Counted from the stretch's first letter, positions 29,852 through 41,436 are shown. The stretch: 64,000 nt of DNA from Candidatus Poribacteria bacterium (GCA_963663765.2 CAXXUA010000005.1:288001-352000), one strand, 5' to 3'. Notes: a model not told the origin generated them from the letters alone. Translations and numbers: made by a program.

Positions 29852-32539
29852 TTAGGAATCTTCCGCTTTTGCTTTCAAGTCGTAAAGGATGTTCACCGCA
29901 TCCAAAGGAGTCATCTGAGAAAGTTCCAACTTCCGTATCTCTTCAACGAGGGGGTGTGTTTTCGGAGTGAACAGTGCCATCTGAAGCGAATCGCTCTGTA
30001 GAGTCTTCCGTGTAATTCTGCGTTTCGGACGTGGGATTTTTTGGTTCGCTTTCTGCGGTTTGCTTGCTATTTCATCGGTCTCTACGCTAAGGTTGTGCTG
30101 TTCAAGCACTTCCAATATTTGTTGCGCCCGCGCAATAACAGAACGCGGTAACCCTGCAAGACGCGCAACATGAATGCCATAGCTTTGGTCTGCGCCACCC
30201 GGAACAACTTTACGAAGGAAAGTCACCTTCTCCCCATCTTCATGCACAGCAACGTTGTAGTTTTTCGCACGTTTGTACTTACTGGCAAGTTCAACAAGTT
30301 CATGGTAATGCGTAGCAAAAAGGGTTTTAGCCCCCATCCGTTTCTCATCTAACAAATACTCTGATACTGCCCAGGCAATACTGAGTCCATCAAACGTACT
30401 GGTCCCGCGTCCAACTTCATCCAGTATAACAAGACTCTTGTCTGTTGCATTGTTGAGAATATTCGCTGTTTCGTTCATCTCAACAAGAAAGGTACTTTGG
30501 CCCATTACGAGGTTGTCTGAAGCACCAACACGGGTAAATATCCTATCTACTAAACCTATTTTTGCAGCGGATGCGGGGACAAAACACCCTATCTGTGCCA
30601 TCAACACAATAAGGGCAGTTTGACGAAGATAGGTACTTTTTCCGCTCATATTCGGACCCGTGATAATATGGAGTTGTTCCTCATGACAGTTCAACAATGT
30701 ATCATTCGGCACGAAACCTTCTTGTGTGAATATTTGTTCTACCACAGGATGCCTTCCATCACGAACGATGATTTCGTCATTGTCCTCCACAGTCGGTTTC
30801 ACATAGTTGTATTTGGAAGCACAATATGCAAAGTTTGCGATAACATCAATCATCGCAATAACCGCCGAGATTTTCTGTATAGCTTCTGTAGATTTCGCTA
30901 CTTCATCACGAATCTCGCAAAATAGTTCATACTCAAGGGATTGAATCCGATCCTCTGCGTTCAATACTTTCGCTTCCTCTTCCTTGAGTTCGGGGGTGAT
31001 GAACCTTTCAGAATTTCGCAACGTCTGTTTACGGATATAATGATCAGGCACCATATTCAAATTCGGTTTGGTCACCTCAATGTAGTAACCAAAGACCTGA
31101 TTGAAACCTATTTTAAGTGATGCAATCCCACTACGTTTTCGCTCTTCTTCCTGCAAGGTTGCCATCCATGCTCTACCTTGACCAACAATTTGACGGAGTT
31201 CATCAAGTTCCGAATTATAACCATCATGGATGATACCCCCTTCTCGGACAGTTGCTGGTGAATTGGGATGAATCCCATGTTCAATTAATTCAACCAATTC
31301 TGTCATCGGGTTCAGGTCTTGGTGTAGAGAAGTCAAAAGCGATGTTTGAAATTCTTGAAGTACTTGTTTTACATCAGGGATAAGTTGAAGTGAACCTTTA
31401 AGGGAATGTAGGTCGCGCCCGTTAACTGAACCAAGACTGATACGGGTAATGAGACGTTCAATATCAGACATCTGGGCAAGTGCTTCCCGCAATTCCTCTT
31501 GTTGATTTATCTGTGTCTTTAATTCCTCAACTGCGTCAAGACGTTCTTCTATTTCATCTATGCTTAACAAAGGTTGCAACAAACACTGCCGAACCTTTCT
31601 TGCTCCCATAGAAGTCACCGTCTGATCAAGCACTTCAAGCAACGTGCCGTTTCTTGATCCATCCCTGATGTTAACGGTCAGTTCAAGATTACGGTGTGTA
31701 TCTGCATCCAAGACCATAAAATCTGTGAGTGTGTAAGTATGAAGTGAGAGGATGTGTTCTACTTCCTGCTTTTGCGTTTCATTCAGGTAATAGATAAGTG
31801 CACCAGCAGCACAGATAGCGGTGGAAAGGTGTTCACAGCCAAAACCATCCAGAGAAATCGTTCGGAAATGTTGAAGCAGTTCAGTTCTTGCAGTATCATA
31901 GTCAAAACGCCAATCAGGTAAAAAATTGAGGGTTGTTTTTAGTTCTACTTTAAGCTGAGCAAAGACTTCTTCATTTTCAAACGATTCTGAAAAGAGACAC
32001 TCCTTTGGTGCAAAACGGTATATTTCTGCCCAGAGACGGGACTCATCTACCAGTTCCGCAACCTGAAATTCTCCTGTAGAGAGATCCGCAACAGCAATAC
32101 CGTAAATGTCCTTGTGATGATATATTGAAAGAAGATAGTTGTTTGCTTTATGCTCAAGTGCCTTTGGATCAGTGACGGTACCAGGAGTCACTATCCTGAC
32201 AACATCACGTTTTACAAGGCGGTTTTCTTCTCGTGCCACTTTAGCATCTTCTGTCTGATCCAGAATAGCAACCTTGTGTCCTGCTTTTACCAATTTATAC
32301 AGATAGGAGTCGAGAGCGTGATGTGGAATACCTGCCATCGGAGGTGGTGCGGTTTTCTGATTTTTATGACTACGGGATGTTAAAGCGATCTCAAGTAAAC
32401 GAGAAATTAACTCCGCATCTTCAAAAAATGCCTCATAAAAATCACCTACTCTGCAAAGAAGTATCGCATCTTCATGCTCTTTCTTTACCTGTTTGTAAAG
32501 CTCCATCATAGATAGTTGTGATTTTTTTGTTTTCGGCAT
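29852..32539 (-). CDS. mutS: DNA mismatch repair protein MutS
   Basis: GDFYEAF, TGPNMSGKS, STFLVEM, DEVGRGT and SYGIHVA motifs. Confidence 0.97.
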   Translation of the reverse strand: MPKTKKSQLSMMELYKQVKKEHEDAILLCRVGDFYEAFFEDAELISRLLEIALTSRSHKNQKTAPPPMAGIPHHALDSYLYKLVKAGHKVAILDQTEDAKVAREENRLVKRDVVRIVTPGTVTDPKALEHKANNYLLSIYHHKDIYGIAVADLSTGEFQVAELVDESRLWAEIYRFAPKECLFSESFENEEVFAQLKVELKTTLNFLPDWRFDYDTARTELLQHFRTISLDGFGCEHLSTAICAAGALIYYLNETQKQEVEHILSLHTYTLTDFMVLDADTHRNLELTVNIRDGSRNGTLLEVLDQTVTSMGARKVRQCLLQPLLSIDEIEERLDAVEELKTQINQQEELREALAQMSDIERLITRISLGSVNGRDLHSLKGSLQLIPDVKQVLQEFQTSLLTSLHQDLNPMTELVELIEHGIHPNSPATVREGGIIHDGYNSELDELRQIVGQGRAWMATLQEEERKRSGIASLKIGFNQVFGYYIEVTKPNLNMVPDHYIRKQTLRNSERFITPELKEEEAKVLNAEDRIQSLEYELFCEIRDEVAKSTEAIQKISAVIAMIDVIANFAYCASKYNYVKPTVEDNDEIIVRDGRHPVVEQIFTQEGFVPNDTLLNCHEEQLHIITGPNMSGKSTYLRQTALIVLMAQIGCFVPASAAKIGLVDRIFTRVGASDNLVMGQSTFLVEMNETANILNNATDKSLVILDEVGRGTSTFDGLSIAWAVSEYLLDEKRMGAKTLFATHYHELVELASKYKRAKNYNVAVHEDGEKVTFLRKVVPGGADQSYGIHVARLAGLPRSVIARAQQILEVLEQHNLSVETDEIASKPQKANQKIPRPKRRITRKTLQSDSLQMALFTPKTHPLVEEIRKLELSQMTPLDAVNILYDLKAKAEDS

Positions 32540-32594
32540 GCAGGTGTCCTCACTCTCGTTACATCCGTTTTCTTGTATAAGAACTAGTTCTTAT

Positions 32595-32623
32595 ACAATA
32601 CCATATATGGAGTGAACTGTCAA
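32595..32623 (-). promoter_or_regulatory. Probable sigma70 promoter of mutS
   Basis: TTGACA-17 nt-TATTGT with extended TG. Confidence 0.55.
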
Positions 32624-32704
32624 TCAATTTATAGATACATAATATACTCGTGAGAATAGAAAATAATATGGACAGGTCAAAATTGGTATGTTATAATAAC
32701 GCAA

Positions 32705-32907
32705 GTTGCTACCTATAAGGTTTAGACGAATAAACACCGTTTTTTATAGAGTATAATACACTTTTCGGTAGTATTTGTAGCACAAACTTTTAGTTTGTGC
32801 ATCTTTATGACGCAAACTAACAGTTTGCGCTACAAAATATAGGCTATTTATCAGCACTTTTTTGATAATAGAAGGTGTTTCTAGGTCTAATTATTGTAGG
32901 TAGCAAC
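32705..32907. repeat. MITE-like unit with internal REP doublet
   Basis: GTTGCTACCTATAA / TTGTAGGTAGCAAC inverted ends; internal GTAGCACAAACT...AGTTTGCGCTAC. Confidence 0.6.
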
Positions 32908-32956
32908 ATGGGTTATAATACTCAAAAGTACTGTTAAAACTAAAGGAGCTGAAGAG

Positions 32957-33526
32957 ATGAAAATGAAATCCGTTTTTATACTGCTGTTACTTTTTTCCAC
33001 GATGATACTAATTGGATGCTATACAAAATTCGGTTATTACGAAGCATCTTTTCAACCAGAAAAACAACAGAAACATGCAGACATAAATAAAGAAGAGATG
33101 GAACAAACTACCAAAACAGAAACAGAAAATTCAGATGAATCCGATGGATATTACGGACGTCGTAAACGCATCTACGGCTCTTCACGTTACAACGTGCATA
33201 ATTCATATTGGATACCTTACAGGTCACATCCTTATGCATACTACCATCCGATGTATTATTATCCGAATCCGTGGTATTACGGCAATGGATATGGGTACTA
33301 TGGGTATCGTTCCCCATATTATAGGTATTACGGAGGTTATTCTCCCTATAGAAGTTACTATAGTGGTTATCGCGGGAGTTCATTTCTACCTGCAAATCGT
33401 AGTACTTATAAGAGAGGTGCTGTTCTGAACCGATCTGAGAACCGACGTGCTCGAACTTCACGTAGTGTAACTTCGTCTAATTCAAGATCCGAACGACCAA
33501 AACGTAGAACGCGAAACAGTGAATGA
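32957..33526 (+). CDS. Tyr/Gly-rich low-complexity lipoprotein
   Basis: Lipobox LIGC-YT; Tyr-rich core; Arg/Ser-rich tail. Confidence 0.75.
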   Translation: MKMKSVFILLLLFSTMILIGCYTKFGYYEASFQPEKQQKHADINKEEMEQTTKTETENSDESDGYYGRRKRIYGSSRYNVHNSYWIPYRSHPYAYYHPMYYYPNPWYYGNGYGYYGYRSPYYRYYGGYSPYRSYYSGYRGSSFLPANRSTYKRGAVLNRSENRRARTSRSVTSSNSRSERPKRRTRNSE

Positions 33527-33577
33527 AATTAGTACTGTTTTTTTGTTATAACACAAGAAATTAAGGAGAAAGCGATA

Positions 33578-34858
33578 ATGAAACGTCTATTTTGGGGTGT
33601 ATTTGTATGTCTATTCGTCATAGGTTTATTACCCGTAATGTGTTCAGCACAAACAGAGGAGTTAGTAGTTGGTAACACGTTTGGTGTAGGAGCAAGGTCA
33701 ATGGGTATGGGTGGTGCGTCTCTCGGACTTGCTGACGATTTTACCGCGCTCTATTGGAATCCAGCTGGATTGGCACAAATCCAGAAGTTTGAGTTGTTCG
33801 CAAGTTTTTCACAAAACACTGCACTGACTGATAGCTACTTCACAAGCAGTGAGACCATTGGAACAAGTCGTTCAAGTGTACGCCCAAATTCAATCGGGCT
33901 TGTTTATCCGTTTTACACACAACAAGGCGGATTTTCAATTGCATTCGGATACAATCGCGTACAGAACTTTGATTTTCAGTCTGCGATCCAAGGGGTCGAC
34001 CCAAGCTCAGGAAATGTATTTAGTGGGCTTTATCTAAACGAAACTAACATAAATTCCGGGGGAATCGGGATATGGAGTTTTGGAGGTAGCGTTTATATCT
34101 CTGAATACTTCTTGATCGGCGGTTCAGTGGACTTTTGGAATGGTCGCAGTCGAAATGAATTAGACGCAACAGCTACCGATACTTTGAATGTAGATTCTGA
34201 ATTGACACGTTTTAGATATGACGATGAAATAGATAGAGAATATTCCGGTGTTAGCGGCAGAGTGGGGATTCTGGCAAACATCACTGACTTTGTCAGCTGG
34301 GGAGTTACCTTTGTTGCCCCTACAGAGTTAGGAGTAGATGAACTCTGGCGTGAATATACCGTCGCACTCTTTGATGACGGAGAAGAACTGACGGAACCAG
34401 AAAGCGGTGCTACAACATATCATATAGAAAGACCTTATGAAATTGGAACTGGCTTCGCACTGAAATTATTAGATAAACAGTTGATATTAGCAACGGATAT
34501 TCAGTTCACGGATTGGCGACAAACACGTTATGACCCGAATCCGGCGGAAGACATAACAAACAATCATTTTGAGGAATATTATTCAACGACTATACAAGTT
34601 CGGTTGGGCATAGAATACCAAATACCGATGATTGATTCTTATGTACGTGCTGGTTATTTCCGAGATACGATTCCATTTACGGAAACAGAGATTGAAAACA
34701 ATCGAGATTATCTCACTGTAGGGACAGGAAAGATTTTTGAGGACTCCGTGAAACTTGATATCGCGTATATGTGGGGCAATTGGCAGCAATATAGGAATGA
34801 TGTAACAACACAACGAAATTCACATCGAGTATTCATTTCTTGTGCCTATCGGTACTAA
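33578..34858 (+). CDS. FadL/OmpP1-like outer membrane beta-barrel protein
   Basis: Signal peptide; GARSMGMGGA...DDFTALYWNPAGL; aromatic C-terminus. Confidence 0.8.
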   Translation: MKRLFWGVFVCLFVIGLLPVMCSAQTEELVVGNTFGVGARSMGMGGASLGLADDFTALYWNPAGLAQIQKFELFASFSQNTALTDSYFTSSETIGTSRSSVRPNSIGLVYPFYTQQGGFSIAFGYNRVQNFDFQSAIQGVDPSSGNVFSGLYLNETNINSGGIGIWSFGGSVYISEYFLIGGSVDFWNGRSRNELDATATDTLNVDSELTRFRYDDEIDREYSGVSGRVGILANITDFVSWGVTFVAPTELGVDELWREYTVALFDDGEELTEPESGATTYHIERPYEIGTGFALKLLDKQLILATDIQFTDWRQTRYDPNPAEDITNNHFEEYYSTTIQVRLGIEYQIPMIDSYVRAGYFRDTIPFTETEIENNRDYLTVGTGKIFEDSVKLDIAYMWGNWQQYRNDVTTQRNSHRVFISCAYRY

Positions 34859-34880
34859 TCAATCCTTTGGCAAATGTTAG

Positions 34881-34924
34881 TATTAGATAAAGGGTGGAAA
34901 GTCTATTCCACCCTTTATCTAATA
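34881..34924. terminator. Long perfect hairpin between convergent genes, likely bidirectional terminator
   Basis: TATTAGATAAAGGGTGGAA-AGTCTA-TTCCACCCTTTATCTAATA (19-bp stem). Confidence 0.75.
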
Positions 34925-34943
34925 AGTTATCTCCAATTAAATA

Positions 34944-35033
34944 ATACCAAATTAACGTAATTTATCTTTTTCCAACGGTAGGTGCGGTTTCCTAACCGCA
35001 CACTTAGCAAGACGACTCACGTTAATTCGGTAT
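34944..35033. repeat. MITE-like unit enclosing a REP hairpin
   Basis: ATACCAAATTAACGT / ACGTTAATTCGGTAT around GTAGGTGCGGTTTCCTAACCGCAC. Confidence 0.6.
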
Positions 35034-35046
35034 AAGTTATCCTCAA

Positions 35047-35448
35047 TTAAACAAGCTGAATATAAGCCATTTGTGCGCCGTCACCACGTCTGAGTTCACC
35101 ACGAATGATACGTGTATAACCGCCATTACGATCCTGATAACGGGGTGCAATATCCTCAAAAAGTTTCTGAAGGATTGCTTGTTTATTTCTATTACCGGAT
35201 TCACCTCTACGCGGTGTGTAATGTAAGTTACTTCCATATAGTAACCGTGCGGCACGTCGACGTGCGTTCAAAGTGTCTTGTTTTGCGAGTGTAATGAGTT
35301 TCTCTGCTACACGTCGGAGTTCTTTACATTTATGCAAGGTTGTTCGAATTTGTTCATGTTCAAAAAGTGCGGTTGCTTGGTTTCGGAAGAGAGCTTTTCT
35401 GTGGCTCGTGGTACGTCCTAATTTCCTACCGCGTTTTCTATGACGCAT
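35047..35448 (-). CDS. rplQ: 50S ribosomal protein L17
   Basis: [12 protein letters not shown]...GGYTRI; start overlaps the end of rpoA. Confidence 0.95.
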   Translation of the reverse strand: MRHRKRGRKLGRTTSHRKALFRNQATALFEHEQIRTTLHKCKELRRVAEKLITLAKQDTLNARRRAARLLYGSNLHYTPRRGESGNRNKQAILQKLFEDIAPRYQDRNGGYTRIIRGELRRGDGAQMAYIQLV

Positions 35449-36436
35449 CTGATTCCTCCTCTTCCGTGTTGATATAGTCGTCATCCAAATTCATTCCAAG
35501 GATCAAGCCCATGTTTGCAAGTTGGTCTTTTATTTCATTTAGAGAAGTCTTTCCGAAATTCTTATATTCTAACATCTCTTTTTCAGTTTTGACGACAAGT
35601 TCACGGATAGTTTTTATATTTGCGGTTTCAAGACAATTACCTGCCCGGACTGAGAGTTCCAGGTCAGCGACCGGTTTTGCCAGATACCTATTTCTCAAAA
35701 TGAGAGCTTCATCAATTTCAGGTTCCGGTTCAACATAAGTTTCATCAAATTCGGTGAAGATATCCAGCTGACTCCGTAAAATGTCCGCTGCCTGCGTAAT
35801 TGCAAGTTTCGGTGTGATACTACCATCAGTCCAGATTTCAAGATTCAACTGATCAAAGTCTGTAACATCCTCAACACGTGTTTCGTTAACCCAATAGTTT
35901 ACTTTATCTACCGGTGAGAACTTTGCGTCAATCGGTATCCATCCAATGGGCTGTTTGGGATCGCGATGGTCTTCAGCGATTGAGTAACCGCGTCCAGTTT
36001 GTACTTGTATTTCCATATCAATTCCCTGACATTTGTCAAGCATTGCGATATGCTGGTCAGGATTGATAATTTCGACCATAGAATTGGCGCGGATATCCGC
36101 TGCGGTAAGTTCACCTGAACCACTGGCAGTCAGTTCCAATATCATCGGTTCGTCTTGCAAAAGTCGAAACCGTATCGCCTTAAGGTTAAGAATTATTTGT
36201 ACGACATCTTCTAAAATTCCTGGAATAGTTGAATATTCATGCTTGACCTGATCAATTTGTATGGCGATTATAGCAGCTCCTTTAATTGAGGAGAGAAGTA
36301 CTCGACGAAGCGAGTTGCCCAGCGTTGTACCGAATCCGCGCTCAAGGGGTTCTGCTGTGTATTTTGCATAATTGGGTTGCAGAGTTTCGGTATCGGCTAC
36401 TAAACGTTCAGGCATTGTTAAATTCAACCTATCCAT
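35438..36436 (-). CDS. rpoA: RNA polymerase alpha subunit
   Basis: [30 protein letters not shown] and NFGKTSL motifs. Confidence 0.97.
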   Translation of the reverse strand: MDRLNLTMPERLVADTETLQPNYAKYTAEPLERGFGTTLGNSLRRVLLSSIKGAAIIAIQIDQVKHEYSTIPGILEDVVQIILNLKAIRFRLLQDEPMILELTASGSGELTAADIRANSMVEIINPDQHIAMLDKCQGIDMEIQVQTGRGYSIAEDHRDPKQPIGWIPIDAKFSPVDKVNYWVNETRVEDVTDFDQLNLEIWTDGSITPKLAITQAADILRSQLDIFTEFDETYVEPEPEIDEALILRNRYLAKPVADLELSVRAGNCLETANIKTIRELVVKTEKEMLEYKNFGKTSLNEIKDQLANMGLILGMNLDDDYINTEEEESDAS

Positions 36437-36877
36437 CGGTTTTTCCTCCTATCGGCTTAAGTTATTACATTTACAGAGTCAAACAGTTTTAGCAAAACAC
36501 AATTATTCAACCCATGGGTATGTAATTATGTTTTCAAACAATATATATTGTATCTTGCATAAGTACTCAATAAAAAACAGCGTGTGTAGTGCATAATGAT
36601 CGCTGCGACACGCCTGTTTTTAGTAAATCTTTTCCTTGGATTTTCATCAACAGTTTGGGAAGATAACATAAATAACTGATGTTGAGTTGCTTGTATTCCT
36701 GTCAACAATTCAGAAAGTCAATAATGTATTGCAGTATGGATTTATAGTCACATGTTATTGTTGACTAAGTTCACACTATTTCCTAATGATTGAGTTTGAA
36801 ATAACAACAAGTTTGTTCTACGACCTTGTGCAATGCGGGATTTCTGGATTCACATTCAATAGGTAGATTGTTATGAT

Positions 36878-37510
36878 CTACCTTGAATACAATTCAATAA
36901 TTAGTTGTGTTTCCAGTTCTGATGCAATATGTTCTACAGTTGGTGCACCTTGTACCCGTCCCTCAGGTTTGTCGGTATCAATTTCTAACCATTCTGGTGT
37001 ACCCCGTTGCTGTGAGAATTCTAATGCTTCTTGAATAGTGATGTTCTGTCGACTTTTTTCTCGTGGAGTAATGGTGTCTCCGACTTCAACGAGATATGAA
37101 GGGATATTGACGCGCTTTCCATTCACAGTGAAATGGTTGTGTTTTACCATCTGCCGTGCTTGTTTTCGTGAAGTGGCGAATCCGAGTCTATAAACGACAT
37201 TGTCTAACCTGCGTTCAAGTAGAGCGATTAAGTTCTCTCCCGTAATCCCCGTTTGACGTACCGCTTTGAAATAGTAGTTACGAAATTGTTTTTCAAAAAT
37301 ACCGTAAATTCGCTTCGCTTTCTGTTTAGTGCGTAGTTGCCTTCTATACTCGCTACGGACACGCGTTGGTGGCTTTTGTCCGTGGTCTCCTGGTGGATAA
37401 CTTCTTCGTTCGAAAGCACATTTTGGACCGAGGCAACGACGTCCTTTGAGAAAAAGTTTCTCACCTTCTCTACGGCATAATTTACAGACAGAATCTAAAT
37501 ACCTACTCAT
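36878..37510 (-). CDS. rpsD: 30S ribosomal protein S4
   Basis: [20 protein letters not shown] and ELYSR motifs. Confidence 0.97.
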   Translation of the reverse strand: MSRYLDSVCKLCRREGEKLFLKGRRCLGPKCAFERRSYPPGDHGQKPPTRVRSEYRRQLRTKQKAKRIYGIFEKQFRNYYFKAVRQTGITGENLIALLERRLDNVVYRLGFATSRKQARQMVKHNHFTVNGKRVNIPSYLVEVGDTITPREKSRQNITIQEALEFSQQRGTPEWLEIDTDKPEGRVQGAPTVEHIASELETQLIIELYSR

Positions 37511-37522
37511 GTATCTCCTTGT

Positions 37523-37894
37523 TTACACCCGTCGTCTTTTCGGTGGACGACATCCGTTGTGTGGTATGGGTGTCATGTCTTTCATCAAAGTAATTTCTAA
37601 ACCCGCGGCGGCGAGTGCGCGAATTGAAGATTCACGTCCTGAACCGGGGCCTTTGACTCTCACTTCAACCCGTTTCATCCCGTGTTCCATAGCTTTCCTG
37701 GCGCATGCTTCTGCGGTTTGTTGTGCGGCAAAAGGTGTGGACTTTCGTGAACCTGGAAATGTCATTCCCGCACTCGCCCAAGCAACCGTGTTACCTTTGA
37801 GATCAGTGATAGTGACTATTGTGTTATTGAACGTAGCCTGGATGTGTGCAATGCCTTCAGGTACATTCTTGCGTTCTTTTCTTCGTGTTCGCAA
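37523..37894 (-). CDS. rpsK: 30S ribosomal protein S11 (TTG start)
   Basis: [16 protein letters not shown] and PHNGCRPPK motifs. Confidence 0.97.
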   Translation of the reverse strand: MRTRRKERKNVPEGIAHIQATFNNTIVTITDLKGNTVAWASAGMTFPGSRKSTPFAAQQTAEACARKAMEHGMKRVEVRVKGPGSGRESSIRALAAAGLEITLMKDMTPIPHNGCRPPKRRRV

Positions 37895-38053
37895 ACTTTT
37901 CTCCTTTATTTTATAGGCGCGCTAAAACACGCATCGTCAATACAAAGAATACTAATACTCTCGCTTTCCAAAGTGTGTTTAAAGCGTACAATTCTAAACA
38001 GCAGCATCTTGATATATAGAAATAAATGTACACTGCTGCAGAAGATGTATAAA

Positions 38054-38449
38054 TCAACCACCTTTGCGTGCTGCTTCTTTCGCCTTTCTTCCGACAGAAA
38101 TCGTACGTGCTTTCCCTTTTCGTGTGCGTGCATTCGTATTTGTGCGTTGACCACGAACGGGTAATTGTCGTCGATGACGTAGACCGCGATAGCTGTTAAT
38201 ATCCATAAGGCGTTTTATGTTTTGATCAATATCTCGACGCAGGTCACCTTCAACCTTGTATTCTTCAGTGATCTTGTCTCGTAGTTTGCTAACCTCGTTT
38301 TCAGCTAACACATCAACTTTCTTAGCTGGATCAATGTTAAGGTCATCCACAATCTTTGATGCGGAATATCTACCAATACCGTAGATAGCAGTTAACGCGA
38401 TATCAATTCGTTTTGTACGAGGTAAATCTACCCCTGCTATACGTGCCAT
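38054..38449 (-). CDS. rpsM: 30S ribosomal protein S13
   Basis: [10 protein letters not shown] and LPVRGQRT motifs. Confidence 0.97.
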   Translation of the reverse strand: MARIAGVDLPRTKRIDIALTAIYGIGRYSASKIVDDLNIDPAKKVDVLAENEVSKLRDKITEEYKVEGDLRRDIDQNIKRLMDINSYRGLRHRRQLPVRGQRTNTNARTRKGKARTISVGRKAKEAARKGG

Positions 38450-38476
38450 GGTTTCCTCCTGATATGTGTTATAGGT

Positions 38477-38593
38477 TTATCCTTGTCTTTGTTTATGCTT
38501 CGGATTTGAAGGACAAATAACCCGAACAATACCTTTTCTCTTTATGATTTTACAACGATTACACATTTTTTTGACTGATGGTCGGACTTTCAT
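38477..38593 (-). CDS. rpmJ: 50S ribosomal protein L36, zinc-binding type (below the ORF-track length cut-off)
   Basis: Manual translation [38 protein letters not shown]. Confidence 0.95.
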   Translation of the reverse strand: MKVRPSVKKMCNRCKIIKRKGIVRVICPSNPKHKQRQG

Positions 38594-38659
38594 GTTTTTT
38601 CCCTCTTCAATCATTTTACACATTTAATTTACTTGAACTGCAATAACGATCTTGTATGT

Positions 38660-40015
38660 TTATCTACCTCTGCGCCCTTTTACACGTCTATCTTTCAAGA
38701 ATCCGTCGTAATGACGCATTGTCAGGTAAGATTCAATTTGTGATACCGTATCAAGTACAACCCCTACAACAATCAAAACGGATGCACCTTCAACCATTCC
38801 TCCCACTCCAAGCATGCTGGTAATTGAGATAGGTATAACAGCGATTCCCGCCAGAAACAAAGCACCGGGTAGAGTGATACGTGTCAATGTAGTATTGATA
38901 TAATCTGCGGTCTGTTTTCCGGGACGGAGTCCTGGTATAAATCCTCCGTTTTTCTGCAAATCCTCTGCCATTTGGACAGGATTGATTTGTACTGCTGTGT
39001 AAAAATAGGTGAATCCAATAATTAACAAAGCATATATTGATAAGTATAAGAAAGAGGGATTTCCAGGGTCCATTAAACTTGCCAACACACTGACCCATCC
39101 TCCCCATTCTGCTGGTAATAAACTAATGAGTACACTTGGAAATGTAATTAGCATTACAGCAAATATAATTGGGATCATACCTGCAGTATTGACTCGTAAT
39201 GGTAGCGTCATTGATCTTCCACCAAAAACTTTTCCACCCCTAATTTGTCTGCCATATTGGATTGGGATTTTACGAACTGATAAGTGAATAAAGATTGTGC
39301 CCATAACAGCGATGATAATGAGTGCAAATAGTAATACGAGTTGTAGAATTCCGAAAGTTGTAACGTTAATTAGTTGATTATAAACGGTAGCGACACCGTT
39401 TGGAAATGTTGCCATAATACCGACGGTAATAATAATAGATATACCTTGTCCGATTCCGCGTTCGGTAATCTGTTCACCAAGCCACATGACAAATGCTGTA
39501 CCCGCTGTGAGTGTTAATACTGATAATGCGTGCCACCAGATTGTTGGGTTGTTAACAATGACTCCTGCATCACCCCCGATAAGCTGCCCTGGATTTCTGA
39601 GGAGTATGGTAATCATTATACCTTGAAGTATACTAAGTAGGACAGTACCGTATCGCGTGTATTGTGTAATTTTCTTACGTCCATCCGGTTCCTTAGAGAG
39701 TTTTTCCAAAGCTGGAATTAGGAGAGGTAGGAGCTGCATTATAATTGAAGCACTGATGTAAGGTTGAATACCGAGTGCAAAAATGGTCATTTGACTGAAC
39801 GCACCACCAGAGAAGATATTGATCAGTGCAAGTACATTTCCAGTGCTTTCATTTCTCGCCATGAGATCGTCAAAGAAAGTCTCAAGTGCCCCATCATCAA
39901 TACCAGGGAGTGTAATATGTGCACCGAGTCTATAAACGATCAATAGCATCACAGTAAACATGATGCGTTTTCGTAACTCAGGGATTTTAAAAGCATTTTG
40001 AATAGGCTTTATCAC
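38660..40015 (-). CDS. secY: Preprotein translocase subunit SecY
   Basis: FALGIQPYISASII, WLGEQITERGIG and GGFIPGLRPG motifs. Confidence 0.97.
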   Translation of the reverse strand: MIKPIQNAFKIPELRKRIMFTVMLLIVYRLGAHITLPGIDDGALETFFDDLMARNESTGNVLALINIFSGGAFSQMTIFALGIQPYISASIIMQLLPLLIPALEKLSKEPDGRKKITQYTRYGTVLLSILQGIMITILLRNPGQLIGGDAGVIVNNPTIWWHALSVLTLTAGTAFVMWLGEQITERGIGQGISIIITVGIMATFPNGVATVYNQLINVTTFGILQLVLLFALIIIAVMGTIFIHLSVRKIPIQYGRQIRGGKVFGGRSMTLPLRVNTAGMIPIIFAVMLITFPSVLISLLPAEWGGWVSVLASLMDPGNPSFLYLSIYALLIIGFTYFYTAVQINPVQMAEDLQKNGGFIPGLRPGKQTADYINTTLTRITLPGALFLAGIAVIPISITSMLGVGGMVEGASVLIVVGVVLDTVSQIESYLTMRHYDGFLKDRRVKGRRGR

Positions 40016-40462
40016 TTATATCACCTCGGCTGTTCCACCTTGTGCTTGAATTTTTTCAATTGCCGATTTTGAGAAATGATGTGCGCGTACATTCAACTGT
40101 TTGTTGAGTTCACCGTCTCCAAGTATTTTTATGCGCGCATTCTTACGTTTGATAATGCCTGCTTCAATAAGGCGTTCGGGATTCACCTCAATATCTTCCT
40201 CAAATTGGTTTAGGGTTTTTATATTAACGACATCATATTCTACCCGCTTGTGTGCGATTCTGCGTGGTCCACGCTTTGGTACACGTCTGACTAAAGGCAT
40301 CTGCCCGCCTTCAAACCAAGCAGGGATTGAACCACCGGAACGAGATTTTTGTCCTTTATGACCACGACCACAGGTGCCTCCCTTACCAGAACCATTACCA
40401 CGACCAACGCGTTTGCGATTCCGATTTGCACCAGGAGCAGGTTTGAGTTCATTGAGTTTCAT
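40016..40462 (-). CDS. rplO: 50S ribosomal protein L15
   Basis: [12 protein letters not shown] and FEGGQMPL motifs. Confidence 0.97.
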   Translation of the reverse strand: MKLNELKPAPGANRNRKRVGRGNGSGKGGTCGRGHKGQKSRSGGSIPAWFEGGQMPLVRRVPKRGPRRIAHKRVEYDVVNIKTLNQFEEDIEVNPERLIEAGIIKRKNARIKILGDGELNKQLNVRAHHFSKSAIEKIQAQGGTAEVI

Positions 40463-40497
40463 TAGATAAAATATTCCTTTGATAAATTTGGGTAAAC

Positions 40498-41034
40498 TTA
40501 AGAGTCATTGCTTTTAGGGCGTTTATGTAACAATTCTTCAACGGTCTTACCTCGAATTCGAGCGACTTCATTGATATCTTTTAGGTTTTTTAACCCGACC
40601 ATTGTAGCCTCAGCGATATTCTTGACATTTCTTGAAGATAGACATTTTGTGAGAGCGTCTGTGACCCCTGCGTATTCTAAAATTGCACGCGTAGCATGTC
40701 CCGCAATAATCCCAGTTCCCGGTCTTGCAGGTTTCATAAGTACTTTTGCAGCTTTAAATTCACAGATAATTTCATGGGGAAGCGTACCTTTTCTTAGTGG
40801 TACACGTATGAGGTTTTTTCGAGCATCTGCAAAACTTTTGCGAAGCGCACCAGAGATTTCGCTTGCGCTGCCAAAACCGATTCCAACAATTCCATTACGA
40901 TTCCCGACGACAGAGAGTGTATTAAAACTTGGTGTCCTCCTACCTTTACCGACACGCATAACTCGGTTTATAGAAATAGGGCGTTCTTCAAATTCAGATT
41001 CAAATTCATCAGGATTGATTTTTTCTTTATGCAA
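40498..41034 (-). CDS. rpsE: 30S ribosomal protein S5 (divergent; probable TTG start)
   Basis: INRV..KG.R..SF..L.VVG and PGTGIIAG motifs; operon position. Confidence 0.93.
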   Translation of the reverse strand: MHKEKINPDEFESEFEERPISINRVMRVGKGRRTPSFNTLSVVGNRNGIVGIGFGSASEISGALRKSFADARKNLIRVPLRKGTLPHEIICEFKAAKVLMKPARPGTGIIAGHATRAILEYAGVTDALTKCLSSRNVKNIAEATMVGLKNLKDINEVARIRGKTVEELLHKRPKSNDS

Positions 41035-41067
41035 ATAAATCTCCTCTCCGGACAATCTCCGGCAGGT

Positions 41068-41436
41068 TTAAAATTGTAGCCCTTCTTCCCTTGCGGCTTC
41101 AGCGAGGGCTTTGATTCGCCCGTGATATAGATGTCCACCTCTGTCAAAGATGACTCCCTTAATCTGTTGTTCTTTTGCTTTTGTCGCTATGAGTTGACCG
41201 ACGCTTTGAGCAGTTTTTGTTTTCCCGCCATTATCTGTCTTTTGCTTTATTTCAGGGGATAAACTGGAAGCGTGAACGAGCGTAGTTCCTGTCTCATCAT
41301 CAATTATTTGGGCATATATATGTTTTAAGCTTCTACTTACAGAGAGCCGAGGTCTTTGCCTTGTACCACTAATTTTTCTCCGCACTCTATTCCTTCGTCG
41401 GAGATGACTCATCTGTTTACTTTTCGTCTTGTCCAA
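41068..41436 (-). CDS. rplR: 50S ribosomal protein L18
   Basis: RPRLSV.RS.KHIYAQ and FDRGG.LYHGR motifs. Confidence 0.95.
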   Translation of the reverse strand: MDKTKSKQMSHLRRRNRVRRKISGTRQRPRLSVSRSLKHIYAQIIDDETGTTLVHASSLSPEIKQKTDNGGKTKTAQSVGQLIATKAKEQQIKGVIFDRGGHLYHGRIKALAEAAREEGLQF

